From Squalus acanthias (lineage: Eukaryota), in NCBI GenBank assembly GCA_030390025.1, contig CM059433.1, positions 31,312,001 to 31,376,000 of the forward strand: a stretch of 64,000 nucleotides of DNA, written 5' to 3'. This document shows positions 26,880-38,996 of this stretch, one piece after another; position 1 is the first letter of the stretch, and the number at the start of each line of letters is the position of its first letter. The notes below the pieces were generated by a model, which worked only from the letters and a program-made list of their open reading frames with translations, searched no databases and was not told the origin of the DNA. Position numbers and translations under genes: made by a program.

Positions 26880-27927
26880 ATGGGTACCGTTTATACTGTT
26901 TCACCGTGGTCCTCAGAATCTGACCATGATTAGCCCCAACACCAGCAGAACTAGGCACACCAGCAGCACCAACAACACCACCAACCTTCTCCTCAACTAC
27001 CTGATGTTGCACAGGGCAGAGGGCATCAGTGCAGGGCTGCACCACGCCGGAGGTGATACCCCCAACACAGGGTATACAGGCAGAGGATGTGCTTCCTCAA
27101 CATGACTGAGCAGCAGTGCCAAAGGAGGCTCAGGCTATTGCGCCAGGTCATCGCAGACATTTGCACATTGCTGGAGCAAGTCCTGCAGCCCAGAGGAGCG
27201 GGTGGACACGCCTTACCAGTGGCTGTCACAGTCACCAGCACCCTCAAGTTCTTCACCTCGGGCTCCTTCCAGGGATCTGCAGCAGACATTTGCGGCATTT
27301 CGCAGTCGGCCACCCACAGATGCATCACACAGGTCACCGATGCCCTCTTTGACAAGTCAGCCAATTATATCAACTTTGCCACTGATGAAGCCAATATTAC
27401 TGAGCGGGTACTTGGCTTTGCCAACCAGGCTGGCTTCCCACGGGTGCAGGGCATCATTGACTGCACACAGGCCATCAGGGCACCCTATCAGAACACAGGA
27501 ATCTTTGTCAACCACAAGGGCTTCTACTCCCTCAATGTGCAGCTCGTCTGCAACCATAGGAAGATCATCATGCATGTGTGTGCCAAATTCCCTGGCAGCT
27601 GCCATGACTCTTTCATCCTGAGCCAGTCCACCATCCCTCAGCTCTTCGCACCTGCAAACAGACTTACCGGCTGGCTGCTTGGAGACAAGGGCTATCCACT
27701 GAAGACGTGGCTCATAACACCCCTGAGGAGGCCAAGTAATGAGGCTGAGGACCATTATAATGAAAGCCACATCTTCACCAGCATAGAGCAGACAATAGGA
27801 GGAGCATCAGGTGGAAGACGAGGATGAGGAAGACCTGGAGGAGCCGGCGGTCCAGATTCCACCAGTACGCGAGCACATTGCTGCCCGTGAGGCCAGGGAT
27901 AGCCTTGTCATGGCCAGATTTACTTAA
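26880..27927 (+). pseudogene. Harbinger (HARBI1-like) DDE transposase, disrupted
   Basis: Motifs [28 protein letters not shown] and IEQTIG. The in-frame ATG at 26880 is followed by stops before 27087, and a deletion/frameshift follows IEQTIG. The C-terminus ..AAREARDSLVMARFT* ends at 27927. Confidence 0.9.
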
Positions 27928-28153
27928 CTTTACACAGCACAGCCATGTGGCTGCCACATGCATCACCAGGTTGACTACACTCCACATCCATACAATAAAA
28001 CATCCCTACAATGACCAGTCCATTCTTTTCACAGACACCACCATTGCTGGAGTTTAAGGTAGCCCTGACCGTTCACTCTGCCACTTCCAATTGTGCACAC
28101 AAATTTATCACGGACCGCAAACTTTTGAAAACAAATGATTCAAATTCAAAAGA

Positions 28154-29327
28154 TTATTTGAAAGTAAACTTAATAACATTCAAGAAAACACCCAAGTAAC
28201 TACCCTTGTGACTCAACTTGTATGGCATCTTTCTCTTACGCGTGCTTCTATGAAGTGCCACCACTGTGGCTTCAGCAGAGCTAGAGGCAGCCTCCTCACT
28301 TCCCTGCTGCACCTGCTTAGATGCCTTTGGCAGTCGTCCTCTGGGTTTTAGAGCCTGTGAGGGCCCCGCCAAAGTCTGCTCCTCCTGCGACTATGCAGGG
28401 GCAGACTCGGCCATCGCTGTCCGGGAAGGCATCTGGGGCTCTGACCGAGGGGTTGGCAAGGGGGGAGAAGTGTGAGCACTTGGAGAGGAGCCCCCACTTC
28501 CATGTCCCCTCCCACCTGCACTTCCCTGCTAGCAAGGAGCTGGACAGCACCTTGCTGCACATCAGTGGGGCGATAAGGACCCACGTCTACACAGACATCC
28601 CTCCTAGAAAGAACGTCTATGAGCCTTTGGCTTCTATCCTCCATAGATAGCCATCTTTCCTCCATAGATGACCATCTATTTTCCATAGATAGCCATCTAT
28701 CCGCCAAAGATGACCATCTATTTTCCATAGATAGCCATCTATCCGCCAAAGATGACCATCTATTTTCCATAGATAGCCATCTCTCCTCCATAGATGCCCC
28801 TCTATTTTGCATAGAGACCATGTGCTCGTGCGACTGGCGCTTTAGGTCCTCCATGCTGGTGGCCATCCTATCCATGGACGAACCTACAGCCGTGATTGCT
28901 TGCACCACGGTGGTGCTCATGTTGCAGAAGGACTCCTCGATTCTCTGAACACTCGCAGTCACCACGCTCACAAAACCTGTCAGAGCCTCCTGCACTTGTT
29001 CCTGCAGCTCCAGGATCGCCCTCTCTCTGGATGATCCCCAAGGCTCAGCGTCTGCATGTAGCTCAGCAGAGCTGGGAGATGCTGTGCCCTCCGACGAGGA
29101 GTCTCCACTGCTGTCCCTGCCCCCACCATCTGCTCTTGCTCACATGTGCTGTGTGAGACACCAGGTGACAACACTACTCTATGTCATGATGGCCCCACCG
29201 AGGTGTGCGTCTCTGCACTGCTGCTGGGTGGCCTTGTCTCAGGTGACGCTGCGCCCTCATAGGCTGGAGGCTCCTCTGAGGAGTCATCTTCCTCTTCCTC
29301 CTAGAAAGTGGGTGGCTCTTGATGGAC
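28154..29327 (-). pseudogene. Harbinger Myb/SANT-like gene, exon 3 (frameshifted, coiled-coil region)
   Basis: Acceptor CTCTCCCACAG, an acidic Ser-rich linker and a heptad region, broken by frameshifts and a stop. The 3' limit is approximate. Confidence 0.65.
28627..28815 (-). repeat. 21-bp coding minisatellite with 42-bp higher-order unit
   Basis: Alternating TCCATAGATAGCCATCT / GATGACCATCTATT units encode SMEERWL, SMENRWS and SLADRWL. Confidence 0.95.
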
Positions 29328-29481
29328 CTGTGGGAGAGTAAAGAGATCAGTTCGATATATCATCTGTAGATTGCATACAGATACCATTATGCTCATGATG
29401 AGCATTCAATATCTCCTGACATCAGCCCCATGTGAGTGACTGAGGAATGCCATGTGGCTGTACGGAAACTGATTCTGTCAC

Positions 29482-29641
29482 CAGGTTGTTGTGATGAGCC
29501 CCTCTCTCCGTCCACCATTGCTGGCTGGTTTCTCGTTCCAGAGACCTCCAGGGCAACCTCCTCCGCACTGGTGAGGGTCGTGAGGGATGGAGGGCCTCCT
29601 GCCGTTCCCTGCCTCTCCCTCGTGTTGTGGAGTCTCTTTTC
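29482..29641 (-). pseudogene. Harbinger Myb/SANT-like gene, exon 2
   Basis: Acceptor CCCTCCTTGCAG|GAA, peptide EKRLHNTRERQGTAGGPP..LTSAEE and donor G|GTGAC; 160 nt. Confidence 0.8.
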
Positions 29642-29959
29642 CTGCAAGGAGGGAAAGAGAAGGTTGAGTTAGAGTGACGGAATGAGTGTAAGGAATGAAG
29701 GGTTACATGTGTAGAGGGTGACTATGATGGAGTGGGGTGGCAATACCAAGTGGCCTCCATGTCTGTTGTTAGTCAGTATGATTGCACTAGGATGAGGGTG
29801 TGTGTGAGGGGTAGTTAGTAAGATGGGGATGTGATAATGTGGAGGTGCAAGGGATGTTGGTGTGAGTAAGGATGGGCAGGAGTAGGGTTGGGAAGGCAGA
29901 GTGATGGGGATGTGATAAGAGGCACAGCAGGATCAAAGTGAGTGTGGCTTTGGACTCAC

Positions 29960-30199
29960 CTTTCCTGATCTCACAAGATCATTGAAGTGCTTGCAGCAGT
30001 GCACCCAAGTCCTCATCACCACAGCCCGGCTGGTCACCTCCTCCGCTATCTGAAGCCAGGCTCTCTTGCTCTCCTGGGGAAGTCTCTTGCAGCCACTGGC
30101 AGGGAAGAGGACCTCCCTGCGTGCTCGGACTTCCTCCACAAGCACATGGAGGGAGTCATCGGAGAATCTTGGAGCAGCCCGCTGACTCTGCGAACTCAT
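29960..30199 (-). pseudogene. Harbinger Myb/SANT-like DNA-binding gene, exon 1
   Basis: MSSQSQRAAPRFSDDSLHVLVEEV..KRAWLQIAEEV..RTWVHCCKHFNDL is a trihelix pattern. Donor AAG|GTGAGT. Confidence 0.88.
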
Positions 30200-31469
30200 G
30201 TTCACCACAAACAAGCAATAACTATAGCTACCACACTCCTAGATGAACCTTCAAATGTATTGTGGCCATGGCCCCTTTGAATATACCGGCACCAAATGAG
30301 TCAGCACTGACGTCACCAGACCCGCACCTTTTAATTGGTAACACGCTGAGCGGGCTTAGCAAGCCCCTTCATGGGAAAGTCTTTTTTTGCAGCGGGATGC
30401 AGGCAGCAACGGGCTCGCGGCCCGTCACAGACCCCAACGGCACTGGACCCGCCCAGGTAGGGAAAATCGCGGACTCACTTTCCAAGGAGTAGCTGGCCTC
30501 CGTATTCCTCACCATTCTCTGACCAGCAACATTATAACGCTATGCTAACTCAATTAAACCAACACCAAATGGCAAACCGAGCCTGCTTTAATGGAATTTG
30601 CATCGTTAGTACCTGGATGGTAAGGGATAGCATGTACTAGTGGCAAGCAGCTTAGAGCACCTTAACGTCACTCAACTAAACAATACTTGTCCCACTCTTG
30701 GTTCTGAACAGTGAAGGAGATGAAAAGTAAATTCAAGGTTGTAACAAAGGTATTTGCAGAGTTAGATGGCTAGCACTCTTACTGATTTCCCTGACAAATT
30801 TGCAGAGTAGCTTTAGTGATTTTCTACAGCTGTGTACTACAACCTGTTTTCATACATCTTTTACCAAGCTGTCATTCGATAGCAATAGTAACATATTTAT
30901 TAAGGTAAATTGATGGCAATAGCACAGTGCGTTGCTTTGTATCAATAAAGTTGAGACACAAGAAGGTTTCTAACGGTCCTGCTATTTCACACCTGGTCCA
31001 CTGGGATCCGGGTAATATCTTCTGGAGGTAGGGGTTTCAAACAAAACAATTGCTTCTCCCGTTTCCTTTTCCCGAAAGGTTTCTAGCTTCATTCTCCACC
31101 TCTTCAGTAGTGCTGCTTTGAGGCAGTGAGAAGCAACGGTCTTACTTTCCGATACAATTGTTTCTCACACAAAATGCCGGTCACACAGGCACTGTTCCCT
31201 CCAATGTAAATCTTTTCTCCCTGTACTATGGGTGGTTCAGTCCTTCAGTTTACTTAGCAGATCACTGTCTATTTCCATCGCTGCCTCAGTGTGTTCCCTA
31301 TTAAATTAATGCCTTACTGCACCAGGCACTATATTTGTATGACACACTGCAATTTACAGGAAGCCTATGTTTTAGAGATTCCAGCAGCTTCTGCCACCAA
31401 CATGGAATAAACTGACAGTCTGGCTACATCCCCAAGACATTGTACAGGGTGAATTTTGAGCATGAAGGT

Positions 31470-31790
31470 GACTGATCTTTCGCATGAGACATTAAACCGA
31501 GGCCCCGTCTGCCTCTCAGGTGGACGTTAAAAAGATCCCACAGCACTTTTTTGAAGAAGAGCAGGGGACTTCTCACCATTGTCCTGGACAAGAACTATTC
31601 CTCATCCAACAAACATTTGCCATTTATCTCATTGCTTTTTTTGGGGGATCTTGCTGTGTGCCAATTGACTGCCGCGTCTAACCTACATTACAACAGTGAC
31701 TAGACTTCCAAAGTACTTCATTGGCTGCAAAGTGCTTTGGGCCATCCTCTGATTGTGAAAGGTGCTATGTAAATGAAAATTCTTTCTTTC
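31470..31790 (+). mobile_element. SacSINE1-like 3' part
   Basis: Deu-type core and tail. Confidence 0.8.
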
Positions 31791-32479
31791 ATCATCAAGT
31801 CCTGGATCATAAAATATAGATGAGGAATCCCATGTGGCCCATCTTTGCTCAATTGTCCAAAGAGAAGCATCTACATTCCATACCTCTCCTGCCCATTACA
31901 ACATCCAGCTAGCTTTTCACCGACACTACCAGGCAAGTTCTTCCAGGCACCAGTCTTAACGTCACCTTTCACCAGTATGAACCTCTGCTCCCTTGTCCTA
32001 CCATTACGCCTTACTGTGAAGTAGTGCTTTGGATTCACAAAACCAAATTATAATGTTGTAGTTATATTCCAGGGATAATTTCCAACTTTTAGCGTCTGAA
32101 TCTTTCCCTCTGTTTATTCACCTCCCGGGGAAGGCGGGTGGGCAGATTCAATGACAGCACAAACTGTACAGTCTGTCGGAGGAGGTTCAGGGCCTTTCCT
32201 AGTTGCATAGTTTCCTATTTACTTCAGTTTTCAAACTTAAATGTCATCTACCATCTCTATGCATTTCTTTGAATTTTATGCTCTATTACTGAATCTATTA
32301 TTTCAACCAGTTCAGTTAAATTAATCAATCAGGGTTTGGCTTTGTTATTAACCTCATACTGCTAATATGGTGTATGTTTCACTCCCACCCTCCCACATAT
32401 CCAGGTAAACACTTGAAATTGATGAAATGTTGAAATTTTTCTCAAAACAATAAAATTGGAGAAAATACCAAGATCATTC

Positions 32480-32875
32480 CTTGCAGCAGAGAAAGTTAAG
32501 GTGAGATTTGATAGGGGTTTTCAAAATTATGAGGGGTTCTGATAGAGTAAATAGGGGAGAAACTATTTCCACTGGTGGGAGAGTCGGTAACCAGAGGACA
32601 CAGATTTAAGATTATTGGCAAAAGAACCAGAGGCGAGAAGAGATTTTTTTTTTTTAAACACAGCAAGTTGTTATGATCTGGAATGCACCACCTGAAAGGG
32701 CAGTGGAAGCAGATTCAACAGTAACTTTCAAAAGGGAATTGGACAAATACTTGGAAGGGGCTATGGAGAAAGGGCAGGGGCAGTGGGACTAATTGGACAG
32801 CTCTTTCAAAGAACCGGCACAGACACGATGAGCCAAATGGCCTCCTTCTGTGCTGTATCATTCTATAATTCTATG
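32480..32875 (+). mobile_element. CR1 3' fragment
   Basis: CR1 ORF2 end and 3' UTR with ATTCTAT repeats. Confidence 0.85.
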
Positions 32876-33878
32876 AATTCAGAAATGTTGAATATAAAAA
32901 GAGATCACAGTTTTAAATTGATATCTGCCAATGATGTTGAACCATCCACTGCTGGCAATCCGACCCTCCATTCTATGATGATGACAAGGAGTCAAACCTG
33001 GCTTGACAACAGGGGAAAAAATGCCAATAAGCAATTTTCTCTGCATTCAAACTTTACTCCATTACTTCAGCGACACCTACCCCATGTGAATTATTAAGCT
33101 GAGCACTGCCCTCGGAACCGCATTACTGGCAGTACAAACCTGCTATTTAGTTTATTAAATGCTACTGTACCCCTGTGGATAGTATTATTTCCACGAGAAG
33201 TCAAGTGAAGGAATAGCTTCACTTTATTTTCACACTAATTCAAAGCAGCTTTATTAAGCTGCTCAATCCCTCTCATATATCCTTGCTGCACTCAATACCA
33301 AATCTCCCTTATCGACAAATCTTCCACTACAAAAAGCTGCATTACTTAAAGAGATGTCGGGTTGTTCCCATAAGATTTACTATATGCTTAAACATATGAA
33401 ATAAAAATGGTAATATTGAGGGAACTAACAAAAACAAACCAAAAATTCACTACCGTTTCTCACTGTTATTTTAGTCTTTATCCCTCGTGTCAGCATTCAA
33501 TCATCCCTCTCAGTCTCCACGCTGAATAATGTCGAATGCTGCTGAAATCCAGAATTTTAGGTATAGCTCATTTTAAACAGTAATCCCACAAAGATTGCAC
33601 ATATGCATAATTTAAACTTCAGGATCATTATGGTTGAATAAGCTCTCTATAAACAATAAAAAAATGAACTCAATTGTATTAGCTTCTCTAGCACGCCAAT
33701 CAAAATATACCAGTTGACGCCACTCCTTACTTACAAGTACGGCACCATAAAGCAGAAAGTTCTGAAAATACACAGCAGATAAGTCAGTATTTGTAAACAG
33801 AAAGGACAGTGAGTGGCAATTTTCAACTTCAAGAGCAGATCTAGTGCCTTATAGGACCCATCTGATTTTTGTTTCATT

Positions 33879-34190
33879 GGCAACACGGTGGCATAGTGGT
33901 TAGCACTGGTGCCTCACAGCGCCAAGGACCCGGGTTCGAATCCGGCCTTGGGTGACTGTGTGGATTTTGCACATTCTCCCCGTGTCTGCGTGGGTTTCAT
34001 CCGGGTGCTCCGGTTTCCTCCCACAGTCCAAAGATGTGCGGGTTAGGTTGATTTGGTTATGATAAATTGACCCTTAGTGTTAGGGGGGTTAAGTACGTGG
34101 GGTTACAGGCTTAGGGTGGGATATGTGTTGGTGCAGGCTCGATGGGCCGAAATGGCCTTTATCTGCACTGTGGGGATTCTGTGATTCTGT
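33879..34190 (+). mobile_element. HE1-type V-SINE, full length
   Basis: tRNA head, V-domain and GATTCTGT tail repeats. Confidence 0.9.
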
Positions 34191-34377
34191 GAAAAAGGAG
34201 TTAATTTTAAATGGTGAATTTTTTAAAGCAATGTATATTCACATATGTGTTTTTTTTTTTAAAAAAGCACTGAGACAAATGCCAATGAGATTGGAATTGA
34301 AATGGTTTCCCCAAAGACAAAAACAAATATGTAATTCATTAGCCTGTCTTGGTAATCAATAAACACCTCACATCCAA

Positions 34378-36278
34378 GGTTATGGTATTGTAGTGGTTAT
34401 GTTACTGGACTAGTAATCCAGAGGCCTGGACTAATATTCCTTCCCTAAATTTGAATTCAGTTAATTAAATCTGGAATAAGAAGCTAGTATCAGTAATAGT
34501 GAGCATGAAGCTATCGAATTGTCGCAAAAACCCAACTGGTTCACTAATGTCCTTTGGGGAATGAAACCTACCCGGTCTGGCCTATATGTGACTCCAGACC
34601 CACAGCAATGTGGTTGACTCTTAACTGCCCTCTGAAGTGGCCGAGAAAGCCAGTCAGTTGTATCAAACTGACGCAAACAAATTACAAGAAAAATAAAATT
34701 GTACGGTCCAGCCGGCATCGACTTAGGCATTGAATTCCCACACCTGGCCCAGTCGACCCTCCTCATTAACATCTGGGGACTTGTGCCACAGTCTAGTCAA
34801 GCAACAGCCTGACATAGCCACACTCACAGAATCATACGTCCCACACTCCTCCATCACCATCCCTGGGTATGCCCTGTCCCAACAGCAGGACAGAGCCACT
34901 AGAGGTGGTGGCACAGAGGTATACAGTCGGAAGGGAGTGGCCCTGGGAATCCTCAACACTAACTCCGGATCTCATGAGGTCTCATAGCAGCAGGTCAAAC
35001 ATGGGCAAGGAAACCTCCAGCTGATTACTCACCAATAACCTGCTCACCAATATTCAGTTTGGGTTCCACCAGGACCACTCAGCTCTAGACCTCATTACAG
35101 CCTTGGACCAAACATGAAAAAAAAAGAGATGAATTCCAGAAGTGAGGTGAGAGTGACAGCCCTTGACATCAAGGCAACATTTAACTGAGTGTGGTACCAA
35201 GCAGCCCGAGTAAAATTTAAGTCAATGGGATTCAGGGGAAAAACTCTCCACTGGCTGGAGTCATACCTAACACAAAGGAAGATTGTTGTGGTTGTGGTTG
35301 TTGGAGGCCAATCATCTCAGCCCTAGGACATCGCTGCAGGAGTTCCTCAGGGCAGTGTCCTAGGCCCAACCATCTTTAGCTGCTTCATCAATGACCTTCC
35401 CTCCATCAGAATGTCAGAAGTGGGGATGATCGCTGATGATTACAGTGTTCAGCTCCATTCGGAACTCCACAGATAATGAAGCAGTCTGTGCCCGCATGCA
35501 GCAAGATCTGGACAACATTCAGACTTGGGCTGATAAGTGGCAAGTAACATTCGCACCACAAAAATTTCAGCCAATGACTATCTCCAACAAGCGAGAGTCT
35601 AAACACCTTCCCTTGACATTCAATGGCATTACCATCATCGAGTCCCCCACCATTAACATCCGGGGGGGTCACCATTGAGCAGAAACTTAACTGGACCAGC
35701 CACATAAATACTGTGGCTACAAGAGCACATCAGATGCTGGGTATTCTGTGATGAGTGTCTCACTTCCTGACTCCCCAAAGCCTTTCCACCACCTACAAGG
35801 CACAAGTCAGGAGTGTGATGGAATACTCTCCACTTGCCTGGATGAGTGCAGCTCCAACAACATTCAGGAAGCTTGACTCAATCCAGGACAAAGCAGTTTG
35901 CTTGATTGGCCTCCCATCCTCTATCTTAAACATTCACTTCCTCTACCACTGGCGCAACATAGCTGCAGTGTATACCATCTACAAGATGCACTGCAGCAAC
36001 TCGCCAAGGCTTCTTCGAAAGTACCTCCCAAACCCACAACCTCTACCACCTAGAAGGACAAGGGCAGCAGGCTCATGGGAACACCACCACCTCCAACTTC
36101 CCCTCCAAGTCACACGCCATTCTAACTTGGAAATAAATCCTGTCACAATCTACCTAACAGCACTTTGGGAGTACATTCACCACACAGACTGCAGCGGTTC
36201 AAGAAGGTGGTTCACCACCACCTTCTCAAGGGCAATAAATGCTGGCCTTGACAGCGAAGCCCAAATCCCATGAATGAA
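34378..36278 (+). mobile_element. LINE family C with 5' end, internally deleted (APE and RT remnants)
   Basis: APE-like LVKQQPDIATLTESY, RT AGVPQGSVLGPTIFSCFINDL and ADD, and the family C tail. Confidence 0.85.
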
Positions 36279-36583
36279 TACATTTTTAAAAAGCCACTGC
36301 GTTGGGAAATCCCAGAGCCCTGGGATGCTTGGTAAAGGTTGTCTGGTAAAAGTTATTTTGTTTAAGTCAAGCAAGGCAACTCACTGATGTGGGGACGCAT
36401 AGTATATTTATTACTTTTGTATTAGTACTCAAAGGCAAGTTACTGATTAAGTTAAGTATGTCCAATTAGAACTGTTGCTCTGCATGTCCATTTGCCATCT
36501 GAAGCAGATTAATCTGGTTTGGCCTTTCCAAGTGCTTTCTCAGTTCCCCTTCAAAAAGATTAGAGAGACATTTGAAAGACATG

Positions 36584-37292
36584 GGACCAGAAATTGCGGT
36601 TGGTGGCGTACCTCCGGAGTACACCTCTGACCCGTAAAAGAATTACGAACCTACCTGCTGGAGACGAGGCTGCGAAAACTTGCGGTCTCAGGCCTTGAGT
36701 CGGAGTGCAGTGTAATGGCCCCCGAATCCCAGAGACGCAGGCGGTGCGGAAGCGTACCTGGGATCACGTGGACCTGGTCCTCCAATCACAAAGCAAGATT
36801 TCATTTTAATCATTTCCGAAGGGAATCCCCTCATGAGATGTTATGGAATCCCGAAATCTAATCTAATTACAATTCACGGAATTGGAATTTTATTCGTAAT
36901 TACCTACATTCCACCAACCTCACTAAAAATTTAATTTTTTGATAATTTTAGATATCATTAAAACTGTAATCCAGGCCAACATTTGCATAAACTCATTTGA
37001 TGCAGTGTATATGCATAATTTACCATATGAAAATGTTTAATTAATGGCTTAGATATCCCTTTTCGCTGATGCATACAGGCCCTGCGCCGTAACATTTCCA
37101 TGTGCAATTGCTGGCCAGTCGGTGAGCAAATAGCCCAATTCTGCACCAGCGATTGCTTTTTCATGCCTCGTCAACGCGTACGTTGACAGGCCAAAAGTTC
37201 CGGATTTCACTCATGCGCAAGCACGTGCGCCCGAACTTGCGGTGGATTTCAAAGGAGGTATACGCCGCCATACTGACAGCAAAATCCAGGCC
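36584..37292. mobile_element. Harbinger-type MITE
   Basis: Imperfect TIR with subterminal GGCGTACCTCC / GGAGGTATACGCC and ATG duplicated on both flanks. Confidence 0.7.
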
Positions 37293-37528
37293 ATGAAATC
37301 CAATTCAGATTACAAGGGGGTCCTATTGTTATAACCCAGGTTATGCTATTGTGTAATTAGATAGTGGGCAGTATGGGCACACTCCTGAACATAAGATATT
37401 CAGGCCGCTTATGGAGTGACTGACAACTGCTGTAGCTGAGTAAATATCCAAGGCAGACCTGAATTTGTTACACAGGTTGTTGACATTTTGCTATGTGCAC
37501 CCTTCATCAGTTCTAATAAAGGTAGTCA

Positions 37529-37738
37529 TGGGATATGTTAGGGGGAATTAAATACGTGGGGTTACGGGGATAGGGTGGGATATGTGTCGGTGCAGGCTCG
37601 ATGGGGATTCTGTGTGAGAAAGCAGGGACAGGGTACTGGATTTGGATGATCAGCCATGATCGTATTGAATGGTGGAGCAGGCTCGACGGGCCGAATGGCC
37701 TACTCCTGCTCCTAGTTTCTATGTTTCTATGTTTCTAT
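37529..37738 (+). mobile_element. 5'-truncated HE1-CR1 chimeric SINE
   Basis: Near-identical to 12997-13198, including the junction. Confidence 0.85.
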
Positions 37739-37899
37739 CTGAAACATGACCTTGTGGTACTTTTTTGGCTTTACAGATGCTGACTGACCTGCTGTGCATT
37801 GCCAGAATTTTCCATTTTTACTTATCATTTCCAGCATTAGCACTTTCGTCTTTGCTCTGCATCAGAGCCAGAGTCTGTTACTCTAAGGGTAAAGATTCT

Positions 37900-38224
37900 G
37901 GGACAAAATTGGATTGCTTTGCGCCTCCCGTTAGTGCCCCAAGGGCACTAATGGGGCGCAAAGCACCTAGTGCCCCAGTGCGGCACCGCTAACGCCTCCC
38001 GGCACCCCACTCCCCAGTGGTCCAGCAGGGCCCCGGTGCACACAGTGCTTGGCCCCTCCCCTTTAATCAGGGGAGGGAGGCCTGTAATACTGCGGCGCTA
38101 CTTGCTGACGCGCGTGGCGCTGTTGCTCGTAGCACACGATATTCAATGGGAGCACCCCAAGAGGAAGGGGATGCGCTTCCAGTAGCACCCCGCCACCTAG
38201 GGGGCGCGACCTATTTTTTCCCCC
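37900..38224. mobile_element. Harbinger-type MITE (same family as 44885-45256, opposite orientation)
   Basis: Shared core CCCTTTAATCAGGGGA..GGCCTG and TTTTTTCCCCC end. Confidence 0.78.
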
Positions 38225-38239
38225 TAAATTCAATTATAA

Positions 38240-38595
38240 TGCTTGGAAGAACTGTGACTACGGAATGGATTCCTTATAGAGGACCCCACAGTACAACCTG
38301 CATGTGGGGGATCAAACCTTCCTTGCAAACAGTGGACCACCATCAACCGCCTCAGGATCGCTCATGGTGGATGATGCCACCTTCTCCATAGATGGAATAT
38401 TAAAGCATCCCCATCATGTGACTGTGGAGCTCCTAATCAGACCCTGGAGCACATCATTGCGCACTGCCCTCAGAGGAAATTCACAGGCAGCCTACAAGAT
38501 ATCCATGCTGTTACACCGGAAGCTTCGGCCTGGATATCTGAATTAGATATTGACATTTAATTTGTTTTTGCTGCCACCATACGAAAGAAGTAGAG
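38240..38595 (+). mobile_element. Vingi/Ingi-clade LINE 3' end
   Basis: Translates QWTTINRLRIAHGG*CHLLHRWNIKASPSCDCGAPNQTLEHIIAHCP..WISELDIDI* (CCHC knuckle). Tail CCATACGAAAGAAG and 8-bp TSD AATTATAA. Confidence 0.8.
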
Positions 38596-38996
38596 AATTA
38601 TAAGTCAAACTCTGAAGCTTCCTACAGATCTGATGGATAGCCTAAATCTCTATTCTGTGGCGATGCTACGAAGACAAACAAACAATCAAGCAAACATAAC
38701 TCAAACTGATATGCAAAGCTATTACCACTGTCCTTGGCACTGGGAAATGACCTGATAAGAGAAAACAAAACAGTAACTACAATTTGCTACTGAACCCGAG
38801 TTTTACTCATTTTACCGAGATGCACCGTGTTGAAATCCATGGGTTAATGAAGCATGGGTGATGCTCACTCAGAGGCAATTTACAGGACACCAGTATATCT
38901 GATATTGATGTGGATGATGCGATATAGAATGAGTTGAGGTTTTAACTAAGTTTGGAAGGATTGTATATCGGGTGGCCAACTTTGGTTGGACATAGT

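Larger units (their letters stand above)
26327..30474. mobile_element. PIF/Harbinger DNA transposon, near full length but decayed
   Basis: Imperfect 14-bp TIR (GGCTGGAATTTTCC / GGAAAATCGCGGAC) with TTA/TCA flanks. It contains convergent transposase and Myb/SANT genes. Confidence 0.92.

Noticed and set aside
27087..27827. Host HARBI1 gene
   Set aside because: It lies within TIRs beside a Myb gene and has upstream stops and a C-terminal deletion, so it is a transposon copy.
28627..28815. CRISPR-like array
   Set aside because: The units are contiguous with no unique spacers, and the context is eukaryotic.
31146..31220. Possible minus-strand exon GEKIYIGGNSACVTGILCEKQLYRK with a GTAAG donor
   Set aside because: There is no polypyrimidine tract and it would be phase 0/0. 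Spliced to the phase-1 EGF exon it hits a stop, so the LamG/EGF-like words are probably chance.
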